Shown piece by piece: positions 47,045-56,772 of a stretch of 58,355 nucleotides of DNA (positions are counted from its first letter, which is position 1; every line of letters begins with the position of its first letter). The notes beneath the pieces were generated by a model. The model worked only from the letters and a program-made list of their open reading frames with translations, did not search any database and was not told the DNA's origin. Source of the DNA: a virus (Duplodnaviria > Caudoviricetes); IMG/VR virus record IMGVR_UViG_3300036760_000091, positions 1-58,355 of that record. One strand, written 5' to 3'. The translations under genes were made by a program, and so were the position numbers.

Positions 47045-48238
47045 CGAAACGTCAGATGACCGTCGGACGACTCATACGGCAGTTGATGAAGCTGCCACAA
47101 GGCGCGTTGGTCGCCGTGCCGACCGAAGAGGATCGGCTTCCGCAAAACCTTGAAAAGGTCGATGTCTACAGCTTCAGGGGCGAAGGCAGTCAGGAAGCGT
47201 ATGACTTCCAGAACGTCGACGGGAAGCGTCCGGGGCGGACGATCGTGGTGCTGCGATGAGCAAGTCGAACGCGAAACGGTCCCGGAACAGCTTCGTGCGC
47301 GGCGTCCGGGCCGAAACCGCGATCAACGTGCTCACGCGGGCGCTCGGGTATGTGCAGACCCGGTCGCACGAACAGGCCGTCACGATGATTCAGGAGCGGA
47401 TCGCGTTCTACCGTGAGGAACTGGCAGACGTGCACCGGAAGCGCGTCGGAGGGGTGTCCTGATGGCGGTCATCCACATCGTGGAAGAGAAGACCGGGCAG
47501 GTTGAGATCTGGGTTGACGTCCCCGGCGCGGAACTGGACGGCGTCATCGTCGGCGTGGGGGAATCGCGCGCGATGGCGATGGCGGACGCGGTCCGTACCC
47601 TCGAGGCGCTGACGGCGCAGCTGCAAAGCCCGCCGGACGTCTGGGAGACGGACCCGACGGATTACACCCTGCGCGGCCACAAGCGCGAGTTCACGATTGC
47701 CTCACATAGATTCGCGGGGGACATATGAAGTCGATCTACGCCGCACTCTGCCTGGGTGCCGCTGTCGGCATCGTCATCGGGTTCTGCATCGCCATGATGG
47801 TGCTCCGATGACAGCGTATCAGCGGATCGTGCTCCGGCTGCTCTACCACATGGTGCGAAACACCGTCAGCCGCAACGACGCGGAGGCGCAGAAGGCCATC
47901 AAGGACGCGCGCCAGATGCTGACCGATGACACCGATCCGGGCGAGGACGCGCCGATTTGATCCTGCTCTCGTTGACACGCGAGCAGGCGATGGCGGTCGC
48001 TGAGGCGGTGCCGGACCTCAGCGACCGTATCCAGGCCGACCTGCGGATGGATGCCGCGATCGACGGGTCGCCCCGGACCGTGCTGTATCGAGATATGGGC
48101 GACGGCCTCGTGGCGGCAGCGGTCGCGTTCTACGACTCCGACGCGGCCGAGCGCGCGGCCGAGGCGCTCTGGCAGGAGACGCTGCGGACCGCGCGACCCA
48201 TCGCACACGAAGATTCACAGGGAGAACTGTTTCGATGA
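47041..48238 (+). other. Run of small coupled hypothetical genes (47041-47259, 47256-47462, 47462-47728, ~47808-47960, 47957-48238)
   Basis: Mostly overlapping stop/start codons. Confidence 0.55.
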
Positions 48239-50061
48239 TTCCGACGCTCCGTCAGTACCAACTCGACGCGCTCGACTCGATCCTCGTGGGCCTGAGCCAC
48301 GGACAACACCGGCAGTTGATCAAGATGCCGACCGGGACCGGGAAGACGGTCATGTTCGCGGAGATGCTGAAGCACCTGACACCGTGGCTCGCCACGATGG
48401 ACCGGGGCAAGGGCGCGCAGATGATGGTCATCGCGCACCGGGAAGAACTACTCGACCAGGCGGCGGAGAAGATCCGGACCCAGAACCCCGGCCTGATGGT
48501 GGCCGTCGAGCAGGGCGATCGAGTCGCCAGTCGCTACTCGGACGTCATCGTCGCGTCGATCCAGACGCTGTCGGCCATGAAGTTCCGCCGGTTGAAGCGC
48601 ATCCTCGCGGCCGCGCCGGACCTCCGGATCGTCGTCGTGGACGAAGCACACCACTCGGCCGCAGCGACCTACCGGACCGCGCTGGCGCACATGGGATTCC
48701 TGCCGGCGGCGGACATGACCGACAAGAACGAGATCGAGGCGGTCACACACGACGACGTCGAGCAGATGGAAGCGGCGCTGCTCGGGTGGGACCAGGTCGC
48801 GCGGAAGGACCGCCTCCTGGTGGGCGTGACGGCCACGCCGAACCGCACCGACGCGATCGGCCTCGGCTGCGTCTTTCAAACCATCAGCTACAGCTACGCC
48901 CTAAAGGCGGCGATCGATGACGGGTACCTCGTGCCGATCGTGCCGTGGGTCATCGAGACGTCGGCCAACCTCGACGCGGTACGCACGACGGCCGGCGAGT
49001 TCAACCAGAAGGATTTGGCGCTGGCGGTGAACAACGCGCAGCGCAACGAGTTGGCCGTGGCCGCGTGGCTCGAACACGGCGACCGGCAGTCTACGATCGC
49101 CTTCACCGTCGACGTCGCGCACGCGCACGACCTGGCGAACGCTTTCCGGACGGCGGGGATCCGCGCGGAGCCGGTCAGTGGCGAGACGCCGAAAGACCAG
49201 CGCCGGCAGATTCTCAAGGATTACACCGACGGGAAGATCGAGGTCATCACGAACTGTATGGTGCTGACGGAGGGGACCGACCTGCCGCGCACCGGCTGCA
49301 TCCTGCACGCGAAGCCGACCAAGAGCGCCACGCTCTACGAGCAGATGACGGGCCGGGGCCTCCGTATTTTTCCCAACAAGACGCGCTGCCTCGTCATCGA
49401 CATCGTGGACATCGCCCGCCGACACAGCCTCCAGACCGCGCCCGTGCTCTACGGCCTGCCGCCGGGCCTGAAGACGAAGGGCGACGAACTCGGCAAGATG
49501 GAGGCGGACCTCGAGGCGCTGATGAAGGAGAAGAATCTCCCGAGTCACCTGATCGAGAAGCTCCTGGCCGAGGGCCGGCTGACGCTCGAGCAGCTCCGCG
49601 CGAAAGCCTCGACGTTCGACATGTGGACCGTGCTGCCGCTCGGAGACTTCGGTGTCGACCGCGCGCTCGACTGGCTGAAGATTGGCGGGGACCGCTACCG
49701 CGTGCAGTACCCGTGGGGCGACGGCACCGAGGTCCTCGACGTCCAGAAGGACATGCTCGGGCACTTCGAGGTTGTCCAGACCATCCGGCCGATGAACCCG
49801 GCGATGCCGAAGCGGCAGCGGACGCTGGCGACGGGCGTGGAGAGCGCGGGCGCGGCCGGCGCGTTTGCGGAAGCCTACGTCGAGCAGGAGCGCCGAAGCG
49901 TGATGAAGTTGAAGAGCAAGGATGCGACCTGGAAGGGCCGGCCGGCGAGCGACAAGCAGATGGCGCTGCTGACGCGCTACAAGGCGCGGTTCGACCCGAA
50001 GACGATCACGATGGGCGAAGCGAGCAAGTTGATCGACCTCGCCAAGTCACGGAGGGTGTGA
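48235..50061 (+). CDS. SF2 DEAD/DEAH-box helicase (ResIII/Irc3-like)
   Basis: LRQYQ, PTGTGKT, DEAHH, TATP, LTEGTD, QMTGRGLR. Confidence 0.92.
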   Translation: MIPTLRQYQLDALDSILVGLSHGQHRQLIKMPTGTGKTVMFAEMLKHLTPWLATMDRGKGAQMMVIAHREELLDQAAEKIRTQNPGLMVAVEQGDRVASRYSDVIVASIQTLSAMKFRRLKRILAAAPDLRIVVVDEAHHSAAATYRTALAHMGFLPAADMTDKNEIEAVTHDDVEQMEAALLGWDQVARKDRLLVGVTATPNRTDAIGLGCVFQTISYSYALKAAIDDGYLVPIVPWVIETSANLDAVRTTAGEFNQKDLALAVNNAQRNELAVAAWLEHGDRQSTIAFTVDVAHAHDLANAFRTAGIRAEPVSGETPKDQRRQILKDYTDGKIEVITNCMVLTEGTDLPRTGCILHAKPTKSATLYEQMTGRGLRIFPNKTRCLVIDIVDIARRHSLQTAPVLYGLPPGLKTKGDELGKMEADLEALMKEKNLPSHLIEKLLAEGRLTLEQLRAKASTFDMWTVLPLGDFGVDRALDWLKIGGDRYRVQYPWGDGTEVLDVQKDMLGHFEVVQTIRPMNPAMPKRQRTLATGVESAGAAGAFAEAYVEQERRSVMKLKSKDATWKGRPASDKQMALLTRYKARFDPKTITMGEASKLIDLAKSRRV

Positions 50062-50246
50062 TGGTTCCCCGGAAATACGATCCGGCGCGGTGTCACTACG
50101 ACGTTCGCATGAAAACCACGATGCTCAGGTGGAGACAGTGTCGGAAGAAGCTGCCCGCGAATGGCGGCTACGGTCCGTGCGGGAAGCTCTGCTACCAGCA
50201 CGGCGTCATCGTAGAACGTAAACAGCAAGCTGGCCGGAGGGTGTGA
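50061..50246 (+). CDS. Small Cys/His protein flanked by a 15-bp direct repeat
   Basis: RC...QC...LCYQH; CGGAGGGTGTGATGG at 50050 and 50235. Confidence 0.55.
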   Translation: MVPRKYDPARCHYDVRMKTTMLRWRQCRKKLPANGGYGPCGKLCYQHGVIVERKQQAGRRV

Positions 50247-50698
50247 TGGCAATGACCGACGACCGCTTGCAGCAGTATCAGACGCGCATCCTCAAGGAGT
50301 GCTCGACGGGCGCGGCCGTCACAATCGTCCTGCGCGAGATGCTGGACGAAGCTCTCGCTGGCGACAAGGGACCGATACACGACGTCGATGTGGCATGGAT
50401 CAACGCGGAGATCGAGCGCGGGCACTACTCGCTTCTACGTGCTCGACTCGCGGAGTTCGGCAAGGACAGCATCATCCCGACGATCATCCGTGAAGAACTA
50501 CTTCAACTATGCTGCGCGGCTTCGCGCGACCGAGGACGCTGCATCGACTACCTGATCGGGACGCTCTCAAATAATCGCACCCATCTTCGGCAGTTCGTCG
50601 CGGAGCTAGAGATTGCGCTCGACCTCGAGACGCACGCCGGCACCGACCCGGCGGCGTGGATCGAAGGCGTCATCACGAAACTGAAAGGACTACTCTGA
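50243..50698 (+). CDS. Hypothetical protein
   Basis: ggagg RBS; coupled start. Confidence 0.6.
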   Translation: MMAMTDDRLQQYQTRILKECSTGAAVTIVLREMLDEALAGDKGPIHDVDVAWINAEIERGHYSLLRARLAEFGKDSIIPTIIREELLQLCCAASRDRGRCIDYLIGTLSNNRTHLRQFVAELEIALDLETHAGTDPAAWIEGVITKLKGLL

Positions 50699-50922
50699 TG
50701 TGGGCCAACCCGCAGCACCAGAAACCGATCGAGAAGATTCGCAAGGCGCAATGGACGCCGGAGAACACCGCGCAGACGCAGATTGTTGTCGATCGTCTCG
50801 ACTGGGTGTATGGCGTCCTTGAAGGGATTGGAGCCGAGACGGCGGCGAAGGACGTCCGCGCGGCGATGGAACGCTTCCGTCTATTAGATGGGGGTGTCGT
50901 GCTGCCGGAACGCAAGCCGTAG
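50698..50922 (+). CDS. Hypothetical protein
   Basis: aaagga RBS and TGATG coupling. Confidence 0.55.
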   Translation: MWANPQHQKPIEKIRKAQWTPENTAQTQIVVDRLDWVYGVLEGIGAETAAKDVRAAMERFRLLDGGVVLPERKP

Positions 50923-50974
50923 CGGTGTTGATCTTTAATCCTCGATCTGGTGTATAAGATCGGCGTTCCAGAAA

Positions 50975-51390
50975 ACGAAAGGGCCGGCGGTCATCATTCG
51001 CCGGCCCCAAGTCCGCAACCGTGGGTGCAACACGGCAGGGACGCTTTCAGAAGCGTCATTTTACCCCGCCTTTGTTCTCCCACACAACCTGCGGCCTCAG
51101 TCTCCCGTGACGGCACACCACCGAGCGGAGGCAGGGTATCGGCGGCTACTTGGGTTCTGCACAGCCGCAACGCGCCGGGGCGAATCCCGAGGGCGCGGCA
51201 GGGTGGGGTCGATCATGTTTCGGCCTTCAAAATACTCGGGAGTACCACACGGTACAGCCATCCCGCTTCACGAGGAACCTCGTGGGGTGGGGTGGGCTAT
51301 ACCCGGATGCTTCGCATCCGCTTGCAGTCTGACGACTGCAAGAAGCTGTGAAAGCAGCAAAGGCTTCCGGATCAGGATCTGGATTCACCA
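50975..51390. ncRNA. Hairpin-dense non-coding region (structured leader, ncRNA or origin)
   Basis: At least nine stem-loops read directly from the sequence. Confidence 0.55.
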
Positions 51391-51411
51391 ACCGGGAAAG
51401 GATCACCAGAG

Positions 51412-51936
51412 ATGGCCGACGACGCGAAAACGCTAATTCAAAAACTCCGGCGACTGGGCGACGTCGAAGAGGCGTTGACGACGGAATACCGCGAGAAGAT
51501 GGACGCCATTCGAGGCGAGCGCACGGCGCTGCTCGGCGGCGGGCCTGGGATTGGCGCGGTGCTCAAACGGCTCGAAGCGTCGTATGACGTCGCGTGGTGC
51601 GTCCGGTACGCACCGGGCGCGAAGAATCAATATTCCTGGAACTACAAGGAAGACCGGCCCCACTGGAAGCGGCTCCTGAAGCGGTTGTCGACCGAAGAAC
51701 TCGAAGTCCGGATCGTTCGCTACTTGATGAACGCCGACCAGTTCTACGTGAAGGAACGCCACCCGTTCAGCCTCTTCGTCCGCAACGTCAACGCCTTTGT
51801 CGGGGAAGGGCGAGATGCAGCGGAGATGGAACTCAGCGCCGGCCTTGAACTCTGCATCCGGGAAGGCCAACACGCCCCGCCCTGTAAAAGCGATCAAGAG
51901 CACACGAGGAAGAAAATGCTGGACATGCGTTCGTGA
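51412..51936 (+). CDS. Putative replication organiser / helicase loader
   Basis: Directly upstream of and coupled to dnaB; DQFY...HPFSLF C-terminal motif. Confidence 0.5.
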   Translation: MADDAKTLIQKLRRLGDVEEALTTEYREKMDAIRGERTALLGGGPGIGAVLKRLEASYDVAWCVRYAPGAKNQYSWNYKEDRPHWKRLLKRLSTEELEVRIVRYLMNADQFYVKERHPFSLFVRNVNAFVGEGRDAAEMELSAGLELCIREGQHAPPCKSDQEHTRKKMLDMRS

Positions 51937-53354
51937 CGCGGTCCCGACGTCGGGACGAGGACCCGGCCCAGATGGAGCGCACGCTTCCCTCGAACCTCGA
52001 GGCCGAACGGTCCGTGATCGGCGCGATCCTGATGCACAACGACGCCCTCGACGTCGCGGCTACCGCGATCACGGCCGCTGACTTCTATCGAGACGCGCAC
52101 CGCCGGATCTTCGAGGCCCTGGTCCGCCTCCGCGATCGGAAGGTGGCGCTCGACCTGGTCACGCTGAAGGACGAACTCGGACGCACGGGCGAGCTGGATG
52201 AAGTTGGCGGGCCGGCCTACATCGCGGCGATGACCGACGGCGTCCCGCGTTCGATGAACGTTGAACACTACGCCGGCATCATCAAGGAGAAGGCGCAGTT
52301 GCGCGGCGTCATCTTCACCGCGAACAAGATGCTGTCGAGCGCCTACGATGCCGGCGAGGACGCGAGTACGATCGTCGCCCACGCGGACCGCGCGATCATT
52401 GACCTGCAGCTCGGGGCGAGCGCGGCTGGCTTGTCGGACCTCCGCCATGCCGGCGCGCGTATTCTGAACGACCTTGAGTACCGCCTCGCGCACCGTGGGC
52501 AGTTGAGCGGCATCGACACCGGGTTTGACTCGATCAACCAGATCACAATGGGTTGGCAGCGCGGCGACATGGTCGTCATCGCGGCGCGGCCGTCCATTGG
52601 GAAGACGACCTTCGCGCTGAACACGGCGGCGATGGCGGCGCGGACCGGGCGCGTGGCGTTCTTCAGTCTGGAGATGAAGCGCAAGCAGATCGAGAACCGC
52701 CTCCTGTCGTCCCTCAGCCGCGTCCCGCTCACGCGCATCATCACCGGCTATCTCAGCGACTCCGACTACACGCACCTGTCACAGGCGCTGGACGTGATGA
52801 CGACGCAGATGCAGTTGTTCATTGACGACCGGGCCGGGCTGAATATCTGGGACATCCGGACCCAGTGTCGACGGATGCGGGCCGAGGGCGGGATTGACTT
52901 GATCGTGATCGACTACGTCGGGCTGATCGCGTCATCGCTGGACAAGCGCGGAGCCACCAGGAACGACGAAGTATCCGACATCAGCCGGCGCGTGAAGGGA
53001 CTGGCGAACGAAGTCGACGCGCCAATCCTCCTGCTGTCGCAGTTGAACCGCGCGAACGAGAAGCGGAACGATCCACGCCCGAAGCTCTCCGACCTGCGCG
53101 AGTCCGGTGCGCTGGAGCAAGACGCGGACATCGTCGGCTTCCTGCACCGCAAGAACCATCGAGAGGGCGGGACGACGGCGTTCATCCTCGAGAAGCAACG
53201 CAACGGGCCGACCGGGTCGATGAATCTGACGCTCGACCGCGACCGCGTGCTCTTCGAGGACGGCGGCGACGACCCGCCCCCAGAGGTCGAAGACAAGAAG
53301 GTCGAGCAAGTCCCGCCGCCGGCCGATCGCCGGCTCTACGACGATAAGGATTGA
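51933..53354 (+). CDS. dnaB: Replicative DNA helicase
   Basis: LPSNLEAERSVIG, AARPSIGKT, FFSLEM, VIDY, LSQLNR, DLRESGALEQDAD, KQRNGPTG. Confidence 0.96.
   Translation: MTRSRRRDEDPAQMERTLPSNLEAERSVIGAILMHNDALDVAATAITAADFYRDAHRRIFEALVRLRDRKVALDLVTLKDELGRTGELDEVGGPAYIAAMTDGVPRSMNVEHYAGIIKEKAQLRGVIFTANKMLSSAYDAGEDASTIVAHADRAIIDLQLGASAAGLSDLRHAGARILNDLEYRLAHRGQLSGIDTGFDSINQITMGWQRGDMVVIAARPSIGKTTFALNTAAMAARTGRVAFFSLEMKRKQIENRLLSSLSRVPLTRIITGYLSDSDYTHLSQALDVMTTQMQLFIDDRAGLNIWDIRTQCRRMRAEGGIDLIVIDYVGLIASSLDKRGATRNDEVSDISRRVKGLANEVDAPILLLSQLNRANEKRNDPRPKLSDLRESGALEQDADIVGFLHRKNHREGGTTAFILEKQRNGPTGSMNLTLDRDRVLFEDGGDDPPPEVEDKKVEQVPPPADRRLYDDKD
51941..51956. promoter_or_regulatory. Palindrome GTCCCGACGTCGGGAC (copy 5), at the dnaB start
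   Basis: Exact 16-bp palindrome. Confidence 0.65.
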
Positions 53355-53379
53355 CGCTGATGATCCCGACGATCATAAT
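53351..53379 (+). promoter_or_regulatory. Putative promoter
   Basis: TTGACG-N17-CATAAT. Confidence 0.5.
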
Positions 53380-53395
53380 GGCGGCTCATCAATAG

Positions 53396-53914
53396 ATGGC
53401 AAGCAACGCCGGGAAAGGGGCCTACTACAAAGGCGAGCGATTCTGCGGTGCCGAAGTGGCGCTGGAGAGAAAGCGCGCGCGGAATAGGAAGTGGGCCAAC
53501 GCGAACAGGCACCGTGCGAAGGCGTGGGCGGCAGCGAACACAGACAAACTCCACGCCGCGCAGCGGCGCTGGCGGCTGGCGCATCCTGACTATCAGCGCC
53601 AATGGAACGCTGACCATTCAGAGAACCTGAGAGTCAAGCGGATCAGGCACGAGAAGAAATGGCCAGGCAGGAAGAGCGCCAGGCGGGCGAAACGTCGCGT
53701 AGCGCAGAGACACGCCACGGTCGCATGGGCTGACCTCGCCAAGATCGAAGCGATCTACGCTCGCGCAGAAGCGGCGACGAAGGCGACCGGCATCAGGCAC
53801 GAGGTCGATCACATCGTGCCGCTACAGAACCCCAACGTCTGCGGCCTCCATGTCGACTACAACCTTCAGGTGTTGACCAAGAAGGCCAACCGCCAGAAGT
53901 GGAACAGTTTCTAG
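53396..53914 (+). mobile_element. HNH homing endonuclease
   Basis: HEVDHIVPLQNPNVCGLHVDYNLQVL...N. Confidence 0.9.
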
Positions 53915-54330
53915 TGGGCGTCAGCAACGCTCAAAAAGGAGCCTATTACAAATCACGGACGAAGAAGTGGCTGGAAGCCCGTGGCTGGCAAGTCGCGGAC
54001 CTCGAAGTCGTGCGGATGGTGTACGCCCCTGGACGCGCGCCGTTCGCGGTAAAGCGGGACCAGTTCGCCAGTGACCTCTTGGCGCTGCGCGGCGACACGG
54101 TCGCCTTCATCCAGGTCAAAGGCGGCGCGATGTGTGCCGGCCACGGCCAGTTTCCGAAAGCGCGAGCGGCCTTCAGCGCGTTCACGTTCCCCTCTACGGT
54201 CAAATTATTCATCGTCGCGTGGGCACCCCGGAGTCGTGCCCCGCGCATCATCTCAGTGGACGCGCAACCTGAAGATGCCGACACGTACATTGCGCGACGA
54301 AAGGCAGAACACGCACATGGCCAAGCGTAA
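53914..54330 (+). CDS. PD-(D/E)XK nuclease, Holliday junction resolvase-like
   Basis: KG...WLEARGWQV...DLLAL...FIQVK; GTG start at 53914. Confidence 0.7.
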   Translation: MGVSNAQKGAYYKSRTKKWLEARGWQVADLEVVRMVYAPGRAPFAVKRDQFASDLLALRGDTVAFIQVKGGAMCAGHGQFPKARAAFSAFTFPSTVKLFIVAWAPRSRAPRIISVDAQPEDADTYIARRKAEHAHGQA

Positions 54331-54739
54331 GAAGACCGAGAAGAAGCCCAAGCCGGCGGCGCGCAAGAAGCCGGCTCCGAAGAAACGCCCGAGCGGTCCA
54401 CGTTCCCAGACGCTCCCGGACAAGAGCTTCGATCGCATCCGCAACCGTCGGCTCGACTCGATCTGCGAGATCATCGCGGAGGAGCGCGACCGGGTCAATG
54501 AAGCCCGGAAGGAAGAAGTGGGGCTGATCTCGTCGGCGCTCGACGTCATGCAGAAGGACGGCATCCAGGTCTACAAACACGGCGGCGTCGAACTGGTGCG
54601 CGTCCCCGGCGCGGAAAAACTCCGGGTCCGGCGCGTGAAGGACGAAGGCGATGCCGGCGTGGAAGACCTCGAAGACACCAGCGACCTCGAAACCGGCGCG
54701 GCGCAGGACGTCGACAACGCGGCGAACAACGAGGACTAA
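54317..54739 (+). CDS. Hypothetical protein with a basic N-terminus
   Basis: MAKRKKTEKK... Confidence 0.6.
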   Translation: MAKRKKTEKKPKPAARKKPAPKKRPSGPRSQTLPDKSFDRIRNRRLDSICEIIAEERDRVNEARKEEVGLISSALDVMQKDGIQVYKHGGVELVRVPGAEKLRVRRVKDEGDAGVEDLEDTSDLETGAAQDVDNAANNED

Positions 54740-54740
54740 C

Positions 54741-55790
54741 ATGCCGACGAAGGGGCGATTGATCGAGAAGCCGTACTTCAAGCCGATCGATCTCGGCGGA
54801 TTCCTCCTGACGGAAACCGGCGTCGACATCGTCGGTCGCCCCTCATTTCAGGACTACCTCGGCGCGCTGGAGTTTGCACGGCGCGCGCACAAGTCGTCCG
54901 GGTTCTGGCTGGCGGACCTGCTGCGCTACGGCGATCAACGGCAGGACTGGAAGGATCGGCTGTCGCAGGCGCAATCCCTCACCGGCCTCAGCGAGAAGAC
55001 GCTCCAGAACGTCCGGGCCGTCGGGGCGATCGACAAATCCCGACGTCGGGATGAGGTTGAACTTGGGCACCACGAGGCGGTCGCCAGCTTGCACCCAGAA
55101 GAGCAGACGGAGTGGCTTGGGCGGGCGGTGGACGAGGGACTCAGCGTCCGCGAGCTGCGCCAGCACATCCGGGCGGCGAAGCGGACGCGCGTGATCGACG
55201 GCCAGGCGGTCCTCGAAGGGATGTTTCGCGTAATTCTCGCAGACCCGCCGTGGTCCTACTCGGATAGCGGTCCGACTGTCGACGGCTCCCTCGGCAAGGC
55301 AGCGCGGCACTACGACGGTATGAGCATCGAGGCGATCTGTAAGCTCCCGGTTCAGGCGCACGCGATGCCGGACGCCACGCTCTTTATGTGGGTGACGACC
55401 CCGTTCATCTACGAGAACCCTGGTCCGCGCGAAGTGCTCGAAGCCTGGGGCTTCAAATACAAAACCATGCGGACGTGGGACAAAGTCCTCGGCTTGCCCG
55501 GCCACTACGCGATGGACGTGACGACCGAGCACCTGGTCATCGCCACGAGGGGCCACGGGATGCCGGACGTCCCGACGCCGCACGAGAAGACGATCTTTGT
55601 GGAACGGCGCGGCGACGAGCACAGCGGGAAGCCGGAGAGCATTCGGAAGTGGATCGAGAAGCACTGGACGCGCGGACCGAGACTCGAACTGTTCGGGCGT
55701 CAGTCGCACGAGGGATGGACGGTTCTGGGAAACGATAGCCGCCTGTGGTCAGAAGAAATGAATCACAGCGGCCTCGTCGGCACGCTCTGA
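54741..55790 (+). CDS. MT-A70 family adenine methyltransferase with an N-terminal LmbU-like HTH domain
   Basis: ADPPW, LFMWVT, EAWGF, HSGKP, LELFGR; N-terminal FWLADLL.YG...SRRRD...HHEAVA. Confidence 0.85.
   Translation: MPTKGRLIEKPYFKPIDLGGFLLTETGVDIVGRPSFQDYLGALEFARRAHKSSGFWLADLLRYGDQRQDWKDRLSQAQSLTGLSEKTLQNVRAVGAIDKSRRRDEVELGHHEAVASLHPEEQTEWLGRAVDEGLSVRELRQHIRAAKRTRVIDGQAVLEGMFRVILADPPWSYSDSGPTVDGSLGKAARHYDGMSIEAICKLPVQAHAMPDATLFMWVTTPFIYENPGPREVLEAWGFKYKTMRTWDKVLGLPGHYAMDVTTEHLVIATRGHGMPDVPTPHEKTIFVERRGDEHSGKPESIRKWIEKHWTRGPRLELFGRQSHEGWTVLGNDSRLWSEEMNHSGLVGTL
55037..55052. promoter_or_regulatory. Palindrome ATCCCGACGTCGGGAT (copy 6), inside the MTase N-terminal domain
   Basis: Exact 16-bp palindrome encoding SRRRD. 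Confidence 0.65.
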
Positions 55791-55809
55791 TCTACTTGAA
55801 AGGGTTGAT

Positions 55810-56412
55810 ATGAACGCCTCCGAAGGACGGAAGTTAATCGACGGCTTCACGAAACTGGTCAGCGATCTGGTCGGGGAACCGATCAAAGTGAGCATCGGCC
55901 GCAACATGGACGAGGCCAAAGCGGGCCTGAAGACCGTCGAGCGGGAACTGTCGCCGGCCGAAAAAGACGTGCTGAAGAAGGCATGGAAGCGCGACGTTCC
56001 CTCCGAGCCGAGCGCGGACGCCTTCGAGGACGCGGCGATGGAGCGCATGTATCAGGCGTTCAAGAACCGCATCATCAAGGAGTCGGCTATCGACCCTGTA
56101 TTGTTGCAGCTGCTGACGGTGCGCCCGGAGATTGAACTCGAAGTCGAGCGGCGCGTGGTGTCACTGGACACGAGCAAGCCGAAGGGGCGGATCGCGCGGC
56201 TCATCTCGCAGGGCTGGTTCGACCAGGAGCCGCGCGGCAGCGGGCAGGTCCGCATCGAACTGGTCCGGACAGGCTCGGACCCAGGCAACGCGAGCGTCGG
56301 CACGGCGCTGGCCGACCTGACGCGCGAGGGCTTCCTCGAACGTGCCGGCGAACGCTACGTCAAAGCGCCAGGCGTGAAGATCTCAGAGAAGGAACTGGCG
56401 GTGACGCGGTGA
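55810..56412 (+). CDS. Hypothetical protein with a C-terminal winged helix
   Basis: ALADLTREGFLER...Y pattern. Confidence 0.55.
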   Translation: MNASEGRKLIDGFTKLVSDLVGEPIKVSIGRNMDEAKAGLKTVERELSPAEKDVLKKAWKRDVPSEPSADAFEDAAMERMYQAFKNRIIKESAIDPVLLQLLTVRPEIELEVERRVVSLDTSKPKGRIARLISQGWFDQEPRGSGQVRIELVRTGSDPGNASVGTALADLTREGFLERAGERYVKAPGVKISEKELAVTR

Positions 56413-56615
56413 TGAAGTGGGTCATCGCGGGCGCGGTCGGGCTGTTGATCCTGATCATTATTGGCGTGGTGGCGAACGCTAAGTACATGGTCGCGCACCA
56501 CTGTAAGCCGACCGGGCAGACCCGCTTTGCGTTCATGCAGAAGATCGGGGACATCTACATCCCAGTCAACGAGACGCAGTACCGGTGCGATGGCGACGAA
56601 ATACGATGGAACTGA
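56409..56615 (+). CDS. Small membrane-anchored protein
   Basis: N-terminal TM helix; Cys pair. Confidence 0.55.
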   Translation: MMKWVIAGAVGLLILIIIGVVANAKYMVAHHCKPTGQTRFAFMQKIGDIYIPVNETQYRCDGDEIRWN

Positions 56616-56772
56616 CCGACATCGAGCAGGAGCACCTGTCGCGCCTTCAGAAGCGCGCGGTGTTCCTGCAACAGCGGACCGCCGGCAAGCCCCACCTGAC
56701 CCACGACGTCAAGGAGCTGAAGGCGTTGCTCTGGGCGCTGGCGCGGTTGCGCGACCTACTTGGGAAGTCAAA

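Noticed and set aside
50950-51587. ORFs called across the hairpin region
   Set aside because: No convincing RBS, atypical codon usage and no motifs
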